DNA of 64,000 nucleotides. Origin: Camelus ferus. Lineage: Eukaryota. The notes beneath the pieces were generated by a model. That model was not told the origin of the DNA, did no database searches, and saw only the letters and a list, made by a program, of their open reading frames with translations. The stretch spans positions 17,980,001-18,044,000 of the forward strand of contig NC_045713.1 of the NCBI RefSeq assembly GCF_009834535.1, read 5' to 3'. Position numbers and translations under genes: made by a program. Position 1 is the stretch's first letter, and each line of letters starts with the position of its first letter. Positions 20,575-39,038 of the stretch are shown here, piece after piece.

Positions 20575-20629
20575 TCTGCCCAGGATCTGCCCCTCAAGGC
20601 GCCAGCCCCTGGATTCCCCCCGGGGAGGG

Positions 20630-20642
20630 ATTAATGGTTACC
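20630..20642 (-). promoter_or_regulatory. HNF1 site in the SLC5A2 proximal promoter
   Basis: GGTAACCATTAAT is close to the HNF1 palindrome GTTAATNATTAAC, about 56 nt upstream of the ATG. HNF1A control of SGLT2 is established. Confidence 0.75.
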
Positions 20643-20889
20643 TCAGGGGCAGTGAGCCGACAAGTCCCCCTGGCCTTATCCCCCCTTCCCGGCTTTGTTT
20701 AGCTGAATCAGGCCACATCGAGGCCGAAGGCTGGTCCTGGGGAGCTGGACACTTTCAAGTTCAAGAACACTCCCCTTCCTGGGCCTTAGGCTCCACCCCT
20801 CCCCCAATGTCCCGGGATCAAAATCACTTCTTTCACCCACTAAAAATGCCTACCTTTCATCTTCCACCTAGGGAAACTGGCTGAGCCAA

Positions 20890-21270
20890 CCCCCTGCTTC
20901 TGACTAATCCAGAGGGATCATTTTCAAACCCAAATCAGACACTGTCACTCCCCTGCTCAGAAACCCTCCATAGCTCCCCATCACACTCAGGAGGAAGCAG
21001 AAGTTCCTCAGCCTGATGTTTAAGGCCTTCCATGCCCTGACCCCTGCCCACCATTCCCCTCACTCATCCATACCAAACTTAGACTGGAATCACCTTTCCT
21101 CCCTGCTCCCTGGCCCTACGCAGCCCCTGAATTCTCATAGCCCCAAACTTTTATATAAGCTGCGCTGTCTGCTTAGAATGCCTCTCTGCCTCCCAAATGG
21201 CCAACTCCTACTCAGACTTTATTGCCCAGCCTCTTTAGGGAAGATAGCATCTCTTCATGAAAGACTTCTC
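20890..21270 (+). mobile_element. L2 LINE fragment
   Basis: GTCACTCCCCTGCTCAGAAACCCTCCATAGCTCCCC...AAGGCCTTCCATGCCCTGACCCC. Confidence 0.65.
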
Positions 21271-22079
21271 TGACTTTTCTGATACAGTCTGAGCACATTT
21301 TGTGGTCCTTGTCTGGGTCCAGGTCAGTCTCCCCAATAGACCAGAGAATCCCCCAAAGCAGAAAACGATCTGATTCATCCCTGGAGTCCCATTGCTCAGC
21401 ACAGGCTTGGATACAAGAAGGGGGGTGGTTTAAATATCTGTACCTTTGCCTTTCTAGAATTGACCAGACTTGGGTGTCTGATTGTAGTAATTGGGTTCTT
21501 GCCAGAGATGGGGGAACAGAAAACAATATTTTAGGGGACTATGATGAGTTAAGTTTAGGGAATGCTTTCATTTTGGTCCCTTCAAAAGCAGGCTCTAAGA
21601 TGAGAATTGGGGTGTGAGGACTTTACTGGGGAGCTGATCCCAGTAAGGACTGTGTAGGGGTGGGGAAGAGACTAGGAATGGCAAAAAGCCTGTAAAGGGT
21701 GTGTTGATTAAAAGGTGACCACTGTGACAATCCCAGTGGGGAGCCTCTGAGACACTGAGGGGAACTCACCTCAGAATTGACCCCCAAGGGTCCAGAAAGC
21801 TAGCATATTCAGCAATCCCTGTCTCTAACTGGCTGGAGATTACAGAACCTCCCTCCACCCACTCCAGGCCTGCTGGGCATAGGAGCACTCGCCTTCCTCT
21901 GGAGAGTACCCTCAGGGAGCAGCTGGGGAGACTGAGGGTCTGGGAACTCTCTTCCCAGGTGGGCCAAGTGGATGCGGGCAGGACACCCACGGCATCTGCT
22001 TCAGAGGGTGATGAATTTGAAGTGCCTGAGAGAAATCCAGGGGCAAGTATCAGAGGACACATTGGGGTTATAGGTGATT

Positions 22080-22860
22080 AAAATCTATATGCCCTCACTG
22101 TGGCCTGCAAAGCCCTTCGTAAGGTGGCCACTATTTCCTCTTTGGCCTCCTCTCCTACTACTCTGTCCCTTGCTGGCTCTAATCAACCACACTAGCTTTC
22201 TTTCCTTCCTTCCAGTAGTCCAAGCTCTTCACAACCTCTTGGCCTTTGCACTTGCTGTTTCTGCTGCCCAGGATACTCTCCTCAGGCTCTTTGCCTGGCT
22301 GGTTCTTTCCTCAACCTTCAAAGTCTCAACTTAGACATTAATATTCACAGAGGCCTTCTCTAACTGTCTGGTTCAAGTAACCCCTTGCCCACCTTCTCTC
22401 ATTTAGTTCTCTGTGTTTTGCCCCCTCACCCTCCCTCCTTCCCTTCTTCCTCATTCCTTCCTTCATTAACATTTATTGAGCCCTGACCACATGCTAGACA
22501 GTATTCTAGACACTGGACAGACAACCGTCAGCAAAACAAACATACCCTTTGACAATAAGCTCCCAGGAGTTTGCATTTGTTTGAGAAATAAACAAGCAAC
22601 AAACACCTATTTGCAATAGTTCCAAGTGAGGGGACAGGGAGGTGCTGTGGGGGAAGACTTACCCAGGCCATCAGGGAAATTCCCCCTTACTCCATCACAC
22701 TTGTCCCTGTGTATTTGTTTTTCATCTGTCTCCCCTACTAGATCATAAGGCCAAGGAAGATGTCCCCTATGGCCTCCCCAGCACCTGGCCTGGAGCCTGG
22801 CACAGTACACACTCAATAAAAACTTGGTAAATGAATGACTTGAGACTGGGAGGTGGTTAC
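22080..22860. mobile_element. L2 LINE fragments
   Basis: GCCTTTGCACTTGCTGTTTCTGCTGCC; CATTCATTAACATTTATTGAGC; GCCTGGCACAGTACACACTCAATAAA...TAAATGAATGA. Confidence 0.6.
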
Positions 22861-24283
22861 AAGTCAAAGAATGGACAGCATTCACCAGGGAGAATGTGTG
22901 GACAGGAAAGAGCAGGAGACTTAGGAAGACCCAAGGAGAGGAGCCTCAGGGAGGAGAGGATTTGGGGGTCTGCCTGAGGCCAGGGAAGAGAACCTCACTT
23001 TTGTCACTTGCCCACACATGTTCTCTTTGGCTGTTAGCTCCTCCTTGAGCTGGAAGGGCATCTGAGGATCCATGTTTCCAGCCTCAAAGGTCCCTGTAGT
23101 TATGACCCAGGAATCCAGGCCCCCTCCCTAGGGACTTACAGGGTCCAAGGTACTGGTTCTGGGATTTAGAAAGGCCCCTGGGGCTTGGGGATTCAGATGG
23201 AGCCTGAACTTCTCCACACCTAAAAACTTGGCCCAACCTTCTCTGCTGGGGCTTGGCTCAGGTGCCACCTCCTCCAGGAAGCCTTCCTTGACTTCCGGTC
23301 TGAGTTAGAAGTCTCCCTCTAGCTCGTACAGCCCCCAGTGCTTCCCTCAGTCACTGTCCTGACCACTCCAAGTGTCATCCTCTGCCTAGAGGGAGATGTT
23401 ACGAGTCAAAATTAGTATGAGGGAAGCTGTAGTTTAATGCCCAGATCTAAAAGGTCGGCATAAATGGACACTTTTTAATGGAGCTCCATCTCTGAAGGTC
23501 TTTGAAGGAGGGGAAAAAATATGAAAACCGGACAAGGTGGCAAGAGTGGGAGAGAGTTGGGGGACTACAGACTAAGTGCTTATTTCAAGGTAATAGGGAG
23601 CTGAAAAAGCCGGACGACGGGGCCTAGAAGGTTCGATGGCGCGCAGCTTGAGCTTCTGTCCTGGCTGGCCACCATCTGCATAATCCTGCTTAGGTGGCCG
23701 GCCTTTCCAGCCTCAGGCTCATCTGATAGGTGGACAGCCTGCAAGAGCTGAGGCTGAGTCTCCAGGCACTGGGCGGTGGCCTAGAACCTTTCGCGGCCAG
23801 AGCAAGTAAAAGGGGCGGGGCTTCGCGACGCAAGGCCCTCCCGCGCAGAGACACAGAACCGGTGTGAAGTAGAATGTGTGTTTATGTGGGTAGAAAAAAG
23901 TGCACAAAACAGTGAGGGGTGGGGAGAGGGACGTCCGGGCCTGGTCTCGGATTCGTGGGAATTGCATGGGCCTTCCTCCAGTCGGGGAGATCCCTTAAGG
24001 CTGGGAATAAAGTGAAGGGCTCAAGCGGGGTCGCTTTTCAGAGTACCACCCACTTTAGGGGGCGTGTGGCTTTAGGATCTGCTGGGCCTTTTCTGAACTC
24101 GCCCATCGGGAGTGTACAGTACCTTCAGGGCGGGTCTCTCCAAGGGGTGGGGCCTCATGGAGTGGGGCTTGGGGAGTCCCAAGCTCCAAGAGCAAGGCCT
24201 TGGGGTCTGGAGAGCCCGATCTTTTCGGGAAGGGCGAGGTCTTTGAGACTGCGTTCTCCCGGAGTGGCAAGCCGGCCAGGCGG

Positions 24284-27200
24284 TCAGCCGAAGAGCTTGA
24301 GGAAGCAGGGCTGGCAATAGGGTTTGCTGGCGCGCTCCTGGAAGGAGCCCTTGGTGAGCGGGCGCAGGCAGAAGGTGCAAGTGAAGTGGTCCGGGTGGAA
24401 ACGGCGGCCTAGGGCCGACACGCATCGTCCTGTCACCGGGAGGCCACACGTGGCGCACAGCGACCCGCGCCGCGCGTGGAAATGGTTCTCGCACAGCGGG
24501 CGGCCCTCATGCTCGAAAAAGCTGCCTCCCGAGAAGGGCGCGAAGCATTCCTGGGGAAGGGCAGCCGCGAAAGGAAGGGGTCAGCGTCAACCCCGAGACC
24601 AGATAACTCGTTTCATGACCTGAATAACCCGGGAGACCCCCGCAGCACCCTCACCCCGCCCACAAACGCGAAGCCCCGTCCCCCGAGAACGCTGTTCTGG
24701 TTAATTGCCCCGCCCCAGGCTTTTAGTCCCGCTCGCCATTGACCCATCCCTCCCAGGCCCCGCCCCCAAAGCCGCGCACCCTACAGACGAAGCAGTCTGG
24801 GTGCCAGAGCGCGCTGAGCGCCGAGATGTAGTTATCCAGAATGGGGCCTTGGCAGCCCTGGCAGCGCGGGGCAAACAGCTGCAGGAAGTCCCGGCGGCAG
24901 TAGGGGCGGCCCTCTCGCTCGTGGAAACCTAGGAGCGGGAACCGAGTGGGCGGAAGGAAAAGGGTGCGAGGTGGCCCTGGGGGCCTAGAAGATCTGAGGC
25001 TGTGGGTCCAGAGGAGGGACAGTCCGAGTGAGTAGTAGGAAAAGAGGGACGGGGTCTGTGGCGGGGGCAGAGCGGGAAGGGATGGAACCAACAGGTGAGA
25101 CAGATTGGGGCCGGGAGAGAGCAGGGGGAAAATTCACCGCCCCGGGACTTCGGAGGTCGTAGTCGGCTGGGGACAAAGGGAATGAGCGGGATGTCGAGTG
25201 GACCCGCGGCTTTCAAGGTGGGAGTTAAGCTCTCACCCTCATCTCCGAAGGGCTCCCCGCAACTGACGCAACAGAAATGCTCCGGGTGCCAGTGGGTGCC
25301 CAAGGCAGTAACCATCTTCTGCGGGAAATGAAAGGGAACACTCAGTGTGGCCCTCTATTCCTTCTTCCCTCCCTCTTCCGCCCTGAACCTAAGTGAGTGG
25401 GTTAGAGTAAGATTTTAAGGTGTGGGAGACCTAAAAGGGAGTCAAAGAGAGAGGGCAGAGTCCAAAGGGCCTCGGGACTAGGCCACGGGAAGGGGCTGGA
25501 GATGGGGTGGGGGACCTGTGAGTGGATGAGGCCCATTCCACCCGCTCCTTGCGTGAGACAGAGGCGGGGCTTGTGGGCCAGGCAGGGCTCACATGTCTGA
25601 TGGGTTGGTTGCAGAGGCCACACCGTGGGGAGAAGCGCTCGAAGTAGCACTCGGGACAGAAGGGGGCTCCATCCTTCTCGAAGAAGCTGCTGCCTCCCAG
25701 GGCCGTGGAACAGCCACCGCAAACAAAGTGCTCAGGGTGCCAAGCACGGCCAAGCGCAGTCACCACCTGCGAGTTGGGGGCAAGGCCTGGGTCAGAGTGG
25801 CCCTCGGGCTGCCAAGGGCCCAGTGAGCTAAGGTTTACATGGCACTTTTGGGATATTATCTCTGAGAGATCAGGATGAAGAATCTAACAATCATGTCACT
25901 CAGTCAATAAGTGATGGAGATTCAACCTGTCTTCTCTTACAGTGCCTAGGGCCCATGGTACTTTTAGGAGCCCACAAAAATGTTGTAATTTCTTTTAAAA
26001 TTAAGAGAAGAAACGAGCTAGAAAAAATTACTTAATATAAAACATTAATATTCATCTTTACACCAACACAGTCATAAAATGCAATTAAAATTTTTTTTAA
26101 TGGAGGAAGGAACCCATGAAGATGAAAGTGCTCAGGGCCCACGAAAGTCATAATGCCACCCTGCTCTGCTGAGACTGGAATTCTAGGATGACAGTAGGGT
26201 GCTTTATCTAGCAGTAGGATCTAGGTCAACCATTGGGCACAGTCACCAATAACATCTTTTCAGTCAATAAGCCAAGAACCAGAGCCCCTGAACCAGACTC
26301 TGACAGAGGAGAAACAGTCTTTGTGGGTGCCTGAGAGATGGTAAGTGGTGCCAACAAGGCTTTTGTGAAGACTAAATGAGATGGGGGTTTGTAAAGGAGC
26401 TAGCATAGTGCCTGGCACAGAGTAGGACCAGAATAAATGGTAAGCGGGTTGGAATTCTCCCCCTGCCACTTACTTGCTGTGTGACTCAGAGCTTCAGTTT
26501 CCTCATCTGTAGAATAAGAGTAATACCCACTTCCCAGAGTTATTTATTAAAAGGGAGCAGCACAAAGGCTGGCTCTCAGTAAAGATGGGTCTGTGGGTCT
26601 CTACCCACCTCCTCACAGGGCTCCACTTACTTGCCCAGCAATGGGTTTATTGCAGGAGCCACAGAGGCCCTTGGCCTGGGTGGGAACACCACGGCGGCTG
26701 AGGTCGGACTGAAGCAGCCCCAGCATGGTGTCCAGGCTGCCCTTGTTAGTTGGCCCTGGTGGGGTGGGAGAGTCCTCATTCACAGAGCTTAGCACTGGTG
26801 GCTGGTTTGGGCCAGAGGCTGGAAGCTGTAGCAGGGAGGACAGGACAGTTGAGTCAGCAAGGCAGCAGAAGTGGGAGGGTCTAAAATGTGTTGGGAGCCA
26901 CAAACCCACACTGGCCCACCCCCTCCCCCTGCCTGACTCACATGGTTCTGGACACGGAAATCAGAGAGTGAAGCCATCAGTCTGTCTAGCTCCAGGGTGG
27001 CCGAGGTGGCTGAAGGCTTTGGAAGAACAGGAGATGGGCTGGGAGGCCTGTGAAGGACATAATTCATGTCAGTCAGAGCCTCAGAGTAACCCTTCCTCCA
27101 GTAACTCAGGTATCCAGGACTGAATACCTCTCTCCCCGCCCTGCCAACTATGCCACACTCACGGGCTGGGCCTTTTCTTGTCCTCAGATTTGTCCTCCTT

Positions 27201-29386
27201 CTGCTCCCCTGCAGTGTCCTTGCTAGATGGGAACTGAGACATTATTTCATCTGCAGAGAGGAGAGAAGTGCACTGGACATGGGGCCACACTCTAGCCTCC
27301 CTCCCAGTTAAGGCTTGTGTCCCTTTAGCTGCTACTCTGGGAAATCAATCTATACCTTTAGTCTCCACCCTGCTCTGCCCCCATCCTGTCAAGGCCTTTC
27401 CCAGTAACCCTGGTACCTGTGATGTTGAACTGAGTAGCATTAAGTTCCTGAAGTAACCGGTCTAGCTCACAGAGCCCCGTGCCCAAGACACCACAGGAAG
27501 AGGAGAATGGAGGGGCCGCAGGGGCTGCAGGCTTCGGGGACCGAGGCTTGCATACCGTGCTGGGAAACAAGGTAGGAACCTGGGTTCAGGGTGGGGAATT
27601 CAAGCCTCCTCATGTGAGTCTCAGATGGCTCCCCCACCCCCCAGTCCCCAGCACCCTCACCTGTATAGATGGTCCTTGTCCCCAGAGGCTCCTGAAGACT
27701 CCCCAGACCCCATCTATAGAGAAGGACACATGTATGGGATGATAGGCCTATACTTTGCCCCACTCAGGCCCAGATTCTCCTCCCCGGGGCAAACCTGGCC
27801 CTAGTAGTTGCCCCAGTCCCCGGCATCTGATCTCACCTGTGGCAGAGGAGACGTCAGGGGTTCTGGGGGCCGCTCTTTTAGAGCCCCTGACCTTGGCATG
27901 TGTGAGGTGGTTGTCTCCAGGTCAGAGAGTAGGGCATCTGCAGGAAGAGGCCATCAGGGTGAGAGGTTGAGAGGTGAAGGTTAGGCCAGAGACGGGGCCT
28001 TAAGAGATCAGAGAATAAGTGTTCTAAGTGGGCAGTATTTCAGGAGGACAGAAGCCAGCATTAAGAGCAGAGGTCAAGAATCAGAAGGAAACACAATGCC
28101 AGAGATGTGGAAGAGCAGCAAGTAATATGTATGATCACAATATCCCACATGGCTCATCCTGGGAGTCACTTATAGACTTAGCTACCTGATTCTTTTATTC
28201 TCTCAATCTTTTCTAATGCAATCCAAATTGGCTCTTTGCTGGAGCCAAATTTGGCTTCATCCCAAATTGCTCAATTGGCTGCATGCCAGGCACCAGCTTT
28301 CTGATTGGATGTTCTTTCTGCCACACCCCCTACACCTAAACAGGCCCCTCCCTCCAGGCGCCACTGGGCTCCACTCTATGCACCTCATTGGTGAGTCGGC
28401 TGGGACCTGCTTTCTGATTGGCTAATTCTTCACAGTACTAGTGCCCGTTACCCCTGCTGAGCAGCACCCCCTACTGCAGGGTGCTGGAACCCCTTCTCTC
28501 CCACGGAGGGTACAGCCTTCCAGCCTCAGTTCCAACAGACAGGGAGGATGAGATGCCTGGACCCTCNNNNNNNNNNNNNNNNNNNNNNNNNNNNNNNNNN
28601 NNNNNNNNNNNNNNNNNNNNNNNNNNNNNNNNNNNNNNNNNNNNNNNNNNNNNNNNNNNNNNNNNNNNNNNNNNNNNNNNNNNNNNNNNNNNNNNNNNNN
28701 NNNNNNNNNNNNNNNNNNNNNNNNNNNNNNNNNNNNNNNNNNNNNNNNNNNNNNNNNNNNNNNNNATGCCCTCAGATCTGGATCCTTTGAACTCTTTACC
28801 TTTCAGAACCTAGAAGTCTTTGCCCCTTTACTCTTCATTTCTGAGCACCTTAGTGGAACCCTTAGCCACCTTTTGGCTTCTTGGCACTCATCTATTATAC
28901 TTTCTGCCCCAAGGAACTGACCTCTACCATACTTAAGGGCCCTTAACTCTTTCCTTCCCAAAGCCCTAGGGAAAGCCCATTTTCTTCTCCAGAACTTGAT
29001 GTCATATTCTCCCTTCCCGTCTACTTTCCCAGTCCCCGGACTCAAGGTCCCGTTAACCCCTCCCTTCCCCGAGCTCCTGAGCCCAGGTGCCCACAGGCGC
29101 TGCACCTCCCTGCCCATCCGTCAGTCCTCAGCCAGTGATGGAGGAGCGGCGCGAGAGAAGGAGGGAGCGGCCAGTCTGGGAAAGGCAGGAAGGGAGAGGC
29201 AGGAAGGGGGACGTGGAGTCGGAAAGGAGGCGCCGGCAGAGACCAGAAGCCAGAAGCCAGAAGACAGGAGGCAGGGATGGAGAGATGCCGGGAGTGCGAG
29301 GGGGTGCAGGATGGGGAAGTGGGTCCAGGTGGTGGTGAAGGACTAGGGACAAGGGGACCAGGGCCCCACTCACCCAGGTCCTCCAT
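24284..29386 (-). CDS. TGFB1I1: TGF-beta-1-induced transcript 1 (Hic-5), paxillin-family LD/LIM protein, 456 aa
   Basis: 11 exons: 29374-29386, 27837-27937, 27661-27713, 27417-27559, 27163-27250, 26942-27047, 26631-26825, 25593-25766, 25237-25318, 24780-24928, 24284-24550. Total 1371 nt, open. LD motifs ([21 protein letters not shown]) and four LIM domains ending PCFLKLFG. Confidence 0.97.
25935..26165. mobile_element. hAT DNA transposon fossil (MER96-like)
   Basis: CAGTGCCTAGGGCCCATGG...TCAGGGCCCACGAAAGTCATAATGCCACCCTG. Confidence 0.45.
26330..26545. mobile_element. MIR SINE fragments
   Basis: GCTTCAGTTTCCTCATCTGTAGAATAAGAGTAATACCCAC. Confidence 0.55.
28227..28421 (-). promoter_or_regulatory. 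Cluster of five CCAAT boxes in TGFB1I1 intron 1
   Basis: ATTGG on + at 28227, 28274, 28304, 28387 and 28417; two read CCAATCAG on the - strand. Confidence 0.45.
28567..28765. other. Assembly gap (199 N) in TGFB1I1 intron 1
   Basis: Run of N. Confidence 1.
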
Positions 29387-29486
29387 GACGGGGCGCGGGC
29401 AGACCGCGCGGGGCGAGCAGGGCGGGGGCCGTGTCCGGTGGGGGCGGGGGGAGGGGGAAGTCCAGGATCTGGAGGCCCGGTCCTGA

Positions 29487-29496
29487 CCATGTAAGG
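29487..29496. promoter_or_regulatory. CArG-like box in the TGFB1I1 promoter
   Basis: CCATGTAAGG, one mismatch to CC(A/T)6GG, about 100 nt upstream of the ATG in a CpG-rich region. TGFB1I1 is a known SRF/myocardin target. Confidence 0.55.
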
Positions 29497-30414
29497 AAGC
29501 CGGGACCCGCTGGGTTAGGGCTGGGGCGAGGGGGGGGGGTGCACAATGAACGGGAGAACCCGGCGTGGGGGCCTGTAAGGGAGGGAGGGCCCCGGCCCAC
29601 CCAGGCCCAGCCCGCCGGCCTGCCGCGGAGGCAGCCACACCCCAGCCTTGGCCTCAGCTGCAGGGAGTCCCAGGCAGCCAGAGCCTGGTAAGAAAAGTGG
29701 CTCTTCCAGACCAAGCCCGGGATCCTCTGCCCACTGAGACTCGTAGACACAGACTGAGGCCCCCAAGCCAACACCCCACCTCCCAAAGCTAGCACCCTGA
29801 GTCCTAGACAGACCTTTCCCATCCAGGCTGTTCCTGGGAGACTGCTCCAGACAAAATTTTTGCATTGGAGGCAGGAGTGATGTTCTAAGGATCAGTCAGA
29901 TCCCAGGTTCAGAGACCTTCCCTCAGACACTCTGACTGACAGTGACATAAACAGATCCCAAAAGGCATACATACTGGACACAAAGAACTCTCTCAGAGAC
30001 AGACAGACCCCATGAGCCCTCCCACAGACTATAAACTATAGAGCTGGAAACAGACATACAGACACAGATAAACAGAAACCAGGCCCAAGCCCCATGAAGA
30101 CTCAGGGAGAACTCCCAGGCAGCCAGACCCAGCCAGCCTTTTCCAACACTGAGGTGACCCAGACCGGTCCCCAAAGAGCCTTTTCCCAATATACTGATGA
30201 ACAGAGAAGAAAGCAAGACAAAGACCCCAGCCACAAAAGAACAAGAGGCCTTCCCTGGACAGAGACCCTGAGAAATCAAGGTGGAAACGAGACACTCTGG
30301 AGCTGGGTATGGACAGACACAACAGTGCTGCAGCCACTGGACTGTGGGTTTCAACCCAGACCTGAGCCCAGGTATGAACCCTGGAATTGGCAGGGAGGTG
30401 AGGATCTCAACCCA

Positions 30415-30555
30415 GCAGCAAATCAGAACAGCCTAGGAGATTTTTAAAGAGTGATACCCAAGGTATCCTCCCCTCAGTCCAGTTCAGTCAGAAAGGGCCC
30501 AGTCATCAGTATTTTTAAAAAGCTTTCTGGGTGGTTCTAAAGCACAGCCTGAGAA
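30415..30555. mobile_element. MER5A-like DNA transposon fossil
   Basis: AATCAGAACAGCCTAGGAGATTTTTAAAG...ATTTTTAAAAAGCTTTCTGGGTGGTTCTAAAGCACAGCC. Confidence 0.5.
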
Positions 30556-31264
30556 CAGAGGCCTGGACACTACCAGAGGCACAGAGGTGGCAAGTGGCAA
30601 CCTTGGCTCCACAGGAGCTAACAGGCAGGCCCCGTCCAGGCACTCTCCTCAAAGTCAGGCTGCCACCTATGGTCAGTGATCTGGGAGCCAGGTCATGGAG
30701 ACCCTGCCTGGGTGACAAAAACCATGAGCCCTTCCCTCACCTGAATGTCAGCCTAGGGCTCAGGCTGTCTGGGCATGAGTAAGGGCCTCACGGACTTGAA
30801 CACAGGTCTTCCGTTAGAAAAACAGCAGGAGGACACTTGACCCAAAACATGAAAACAGATCCAGAGACTAAAGGCCAAAGACAAGAGGAAGAGCACTGAG
30901 GAAATAGTAATGTCAAGGCCTCGGATGTATATCCCCACACTTACATTCCCTCAGCACAACCCTCTTAGCCCTGACCAAGGTCTGCATCCAGCTGGGTGGC
31001 TGCTTGAGCAATGAAGTAGCATGAGCAGGAAGCAGGCCTCCCCCAGGGCCCAAAACCACATCCTTGGGAGAAGCCTGGGAACTCCCCCATATTCCAGGGC
31101 TCCAGGAATCAGCCCATACTCACTTATTAAACTTCTAAACCAAGGGTGTACTCTACTGAGACAGACCTGGACTAGACCCTACTTGATGGGTGAGGGGGTA
31201 GAGGGACTTCCACAGGAAAGTAAGCAGAGACACCACACAACAGGGGCAGCCCATCTCCAAAGTT

Positions 31265-31270
31265 TTTAAT
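31265..31270 (-). terminator. ARMC5: Probable ARMC5 polyadenylation signal ATTAAA
   Basis: TTTAAT on +, about 250 nt after the stop. Confidence 0.5.
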
Positions 31271-31517
31271 TCCAACTCCAGAAAGCCGGGCCAGGCCAGG
31301 TGTCTGGGGCTCTGGGCTGTTCTTCATCTTGTGGGCCCCATGCCCAGCCCCTGGCCTTAGCTTCTCACTCCTGAGTCTTCAGACCATCAGCCAGGTTTGA
31401 GGTCCATCCTCTCACAGGTCCTTGCCGGTGACTCCTTCTGCTCATCCTCCTCCTGTGCCACTCTGAGGGGGATCTCCTTCATAGCCAACTCATCCTCGGG
31501 TCTCCTCCCAGGGGACA

Positions 31518-38298
<6,781 letters not shown>

Positions 38299-39038
38299 CT
38301 TGGCTCAGGCCTAAGGCTCCGCCCCCCTCCTCGCAGCTTATCCAAGGGAGCGGAACTGGAAGAGAGGGGCGTGGCCAGGCACCTCCTCTCTGACGCTTTT
38401 TAAATAGCGCCGCCGCAGTTATTATGCAAGTCGGAAGTTGTAGTTCGCGATCCCAGTTCTCTGACTTGCACAGTCGCAGAAGACACGTAGAGAGTAGTGG
38501 TTAATCGTTGTACGAGACAAAGAGGCGCGTGCGGTGCACGCTGGGCTGTGTAGTCCGCGCCAAGCTTAACACACCTAACTTAGGATGGATGGGAAACTCT
38601 CCCAGGGTATTCGGATGGGTCAGTGCCTCGGGGGAACCCAGACATCTGACCAGAGTCTCAGTACCGTCCCGTTCCAGGTGACTTGGCTAGTCCGCCCCCA
38701 GCGTGTCCTCGGCAGCGATAACCTTTTCCTGCAGGCTCTCTCTGACGCCTCCCAGCGGTGGCCGGGGCACCGAAGTCTGCGCTGACCAACTGAGAACCCC
38801 GAGCCAAGCGGAAAAAATCAAGTTCCTAACAGCGGCTGCAAGTGGGAGCACTTGTTCCGCCAGGTGAATGAGAGGGTTAAACCTACCGAGACCGTTCGCT
38901 GCTATTTCCTAGAATGGCACGGGCTAGTGGACATTTCCGTTTCCGTTGCTGGATCCCTGGGTCCCAAGTGTCTCCAGCTCTGGTTGTGCTTATGAGCTAA
39001 GTAGCTGGTATCTAGAAAACGGGACTCTCTTCACCGCA
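38299..39038. promoter_or_regulatory. CpG-island bidirectional promoter shared by ARMC5 and the zinc-finger locus
   Basis: Divergent ATGs about 740 nt apart. GGAAGTTGTAGT at 38433-38444 (ETS plus ACTACA/ZNF143-type motif); YY1-type CGCCATCTT over the ARMC5 ATG; GC boxes. Confidence 0.7.

Noticed and set aside
29042-29865. Several long Pro/Gly/Arg-rich ORFs around TGFB1I1 exon 1
   Set aside because: Expected by chance in a stop-poor CpG island; the true coding part is only 13 nt.
38946-39038. ORF-track start (TTG read as M) for the zinc-finger ORF
   Set aside because: Non-ATG start; the ATG at 39039 has a strong Kozak context.
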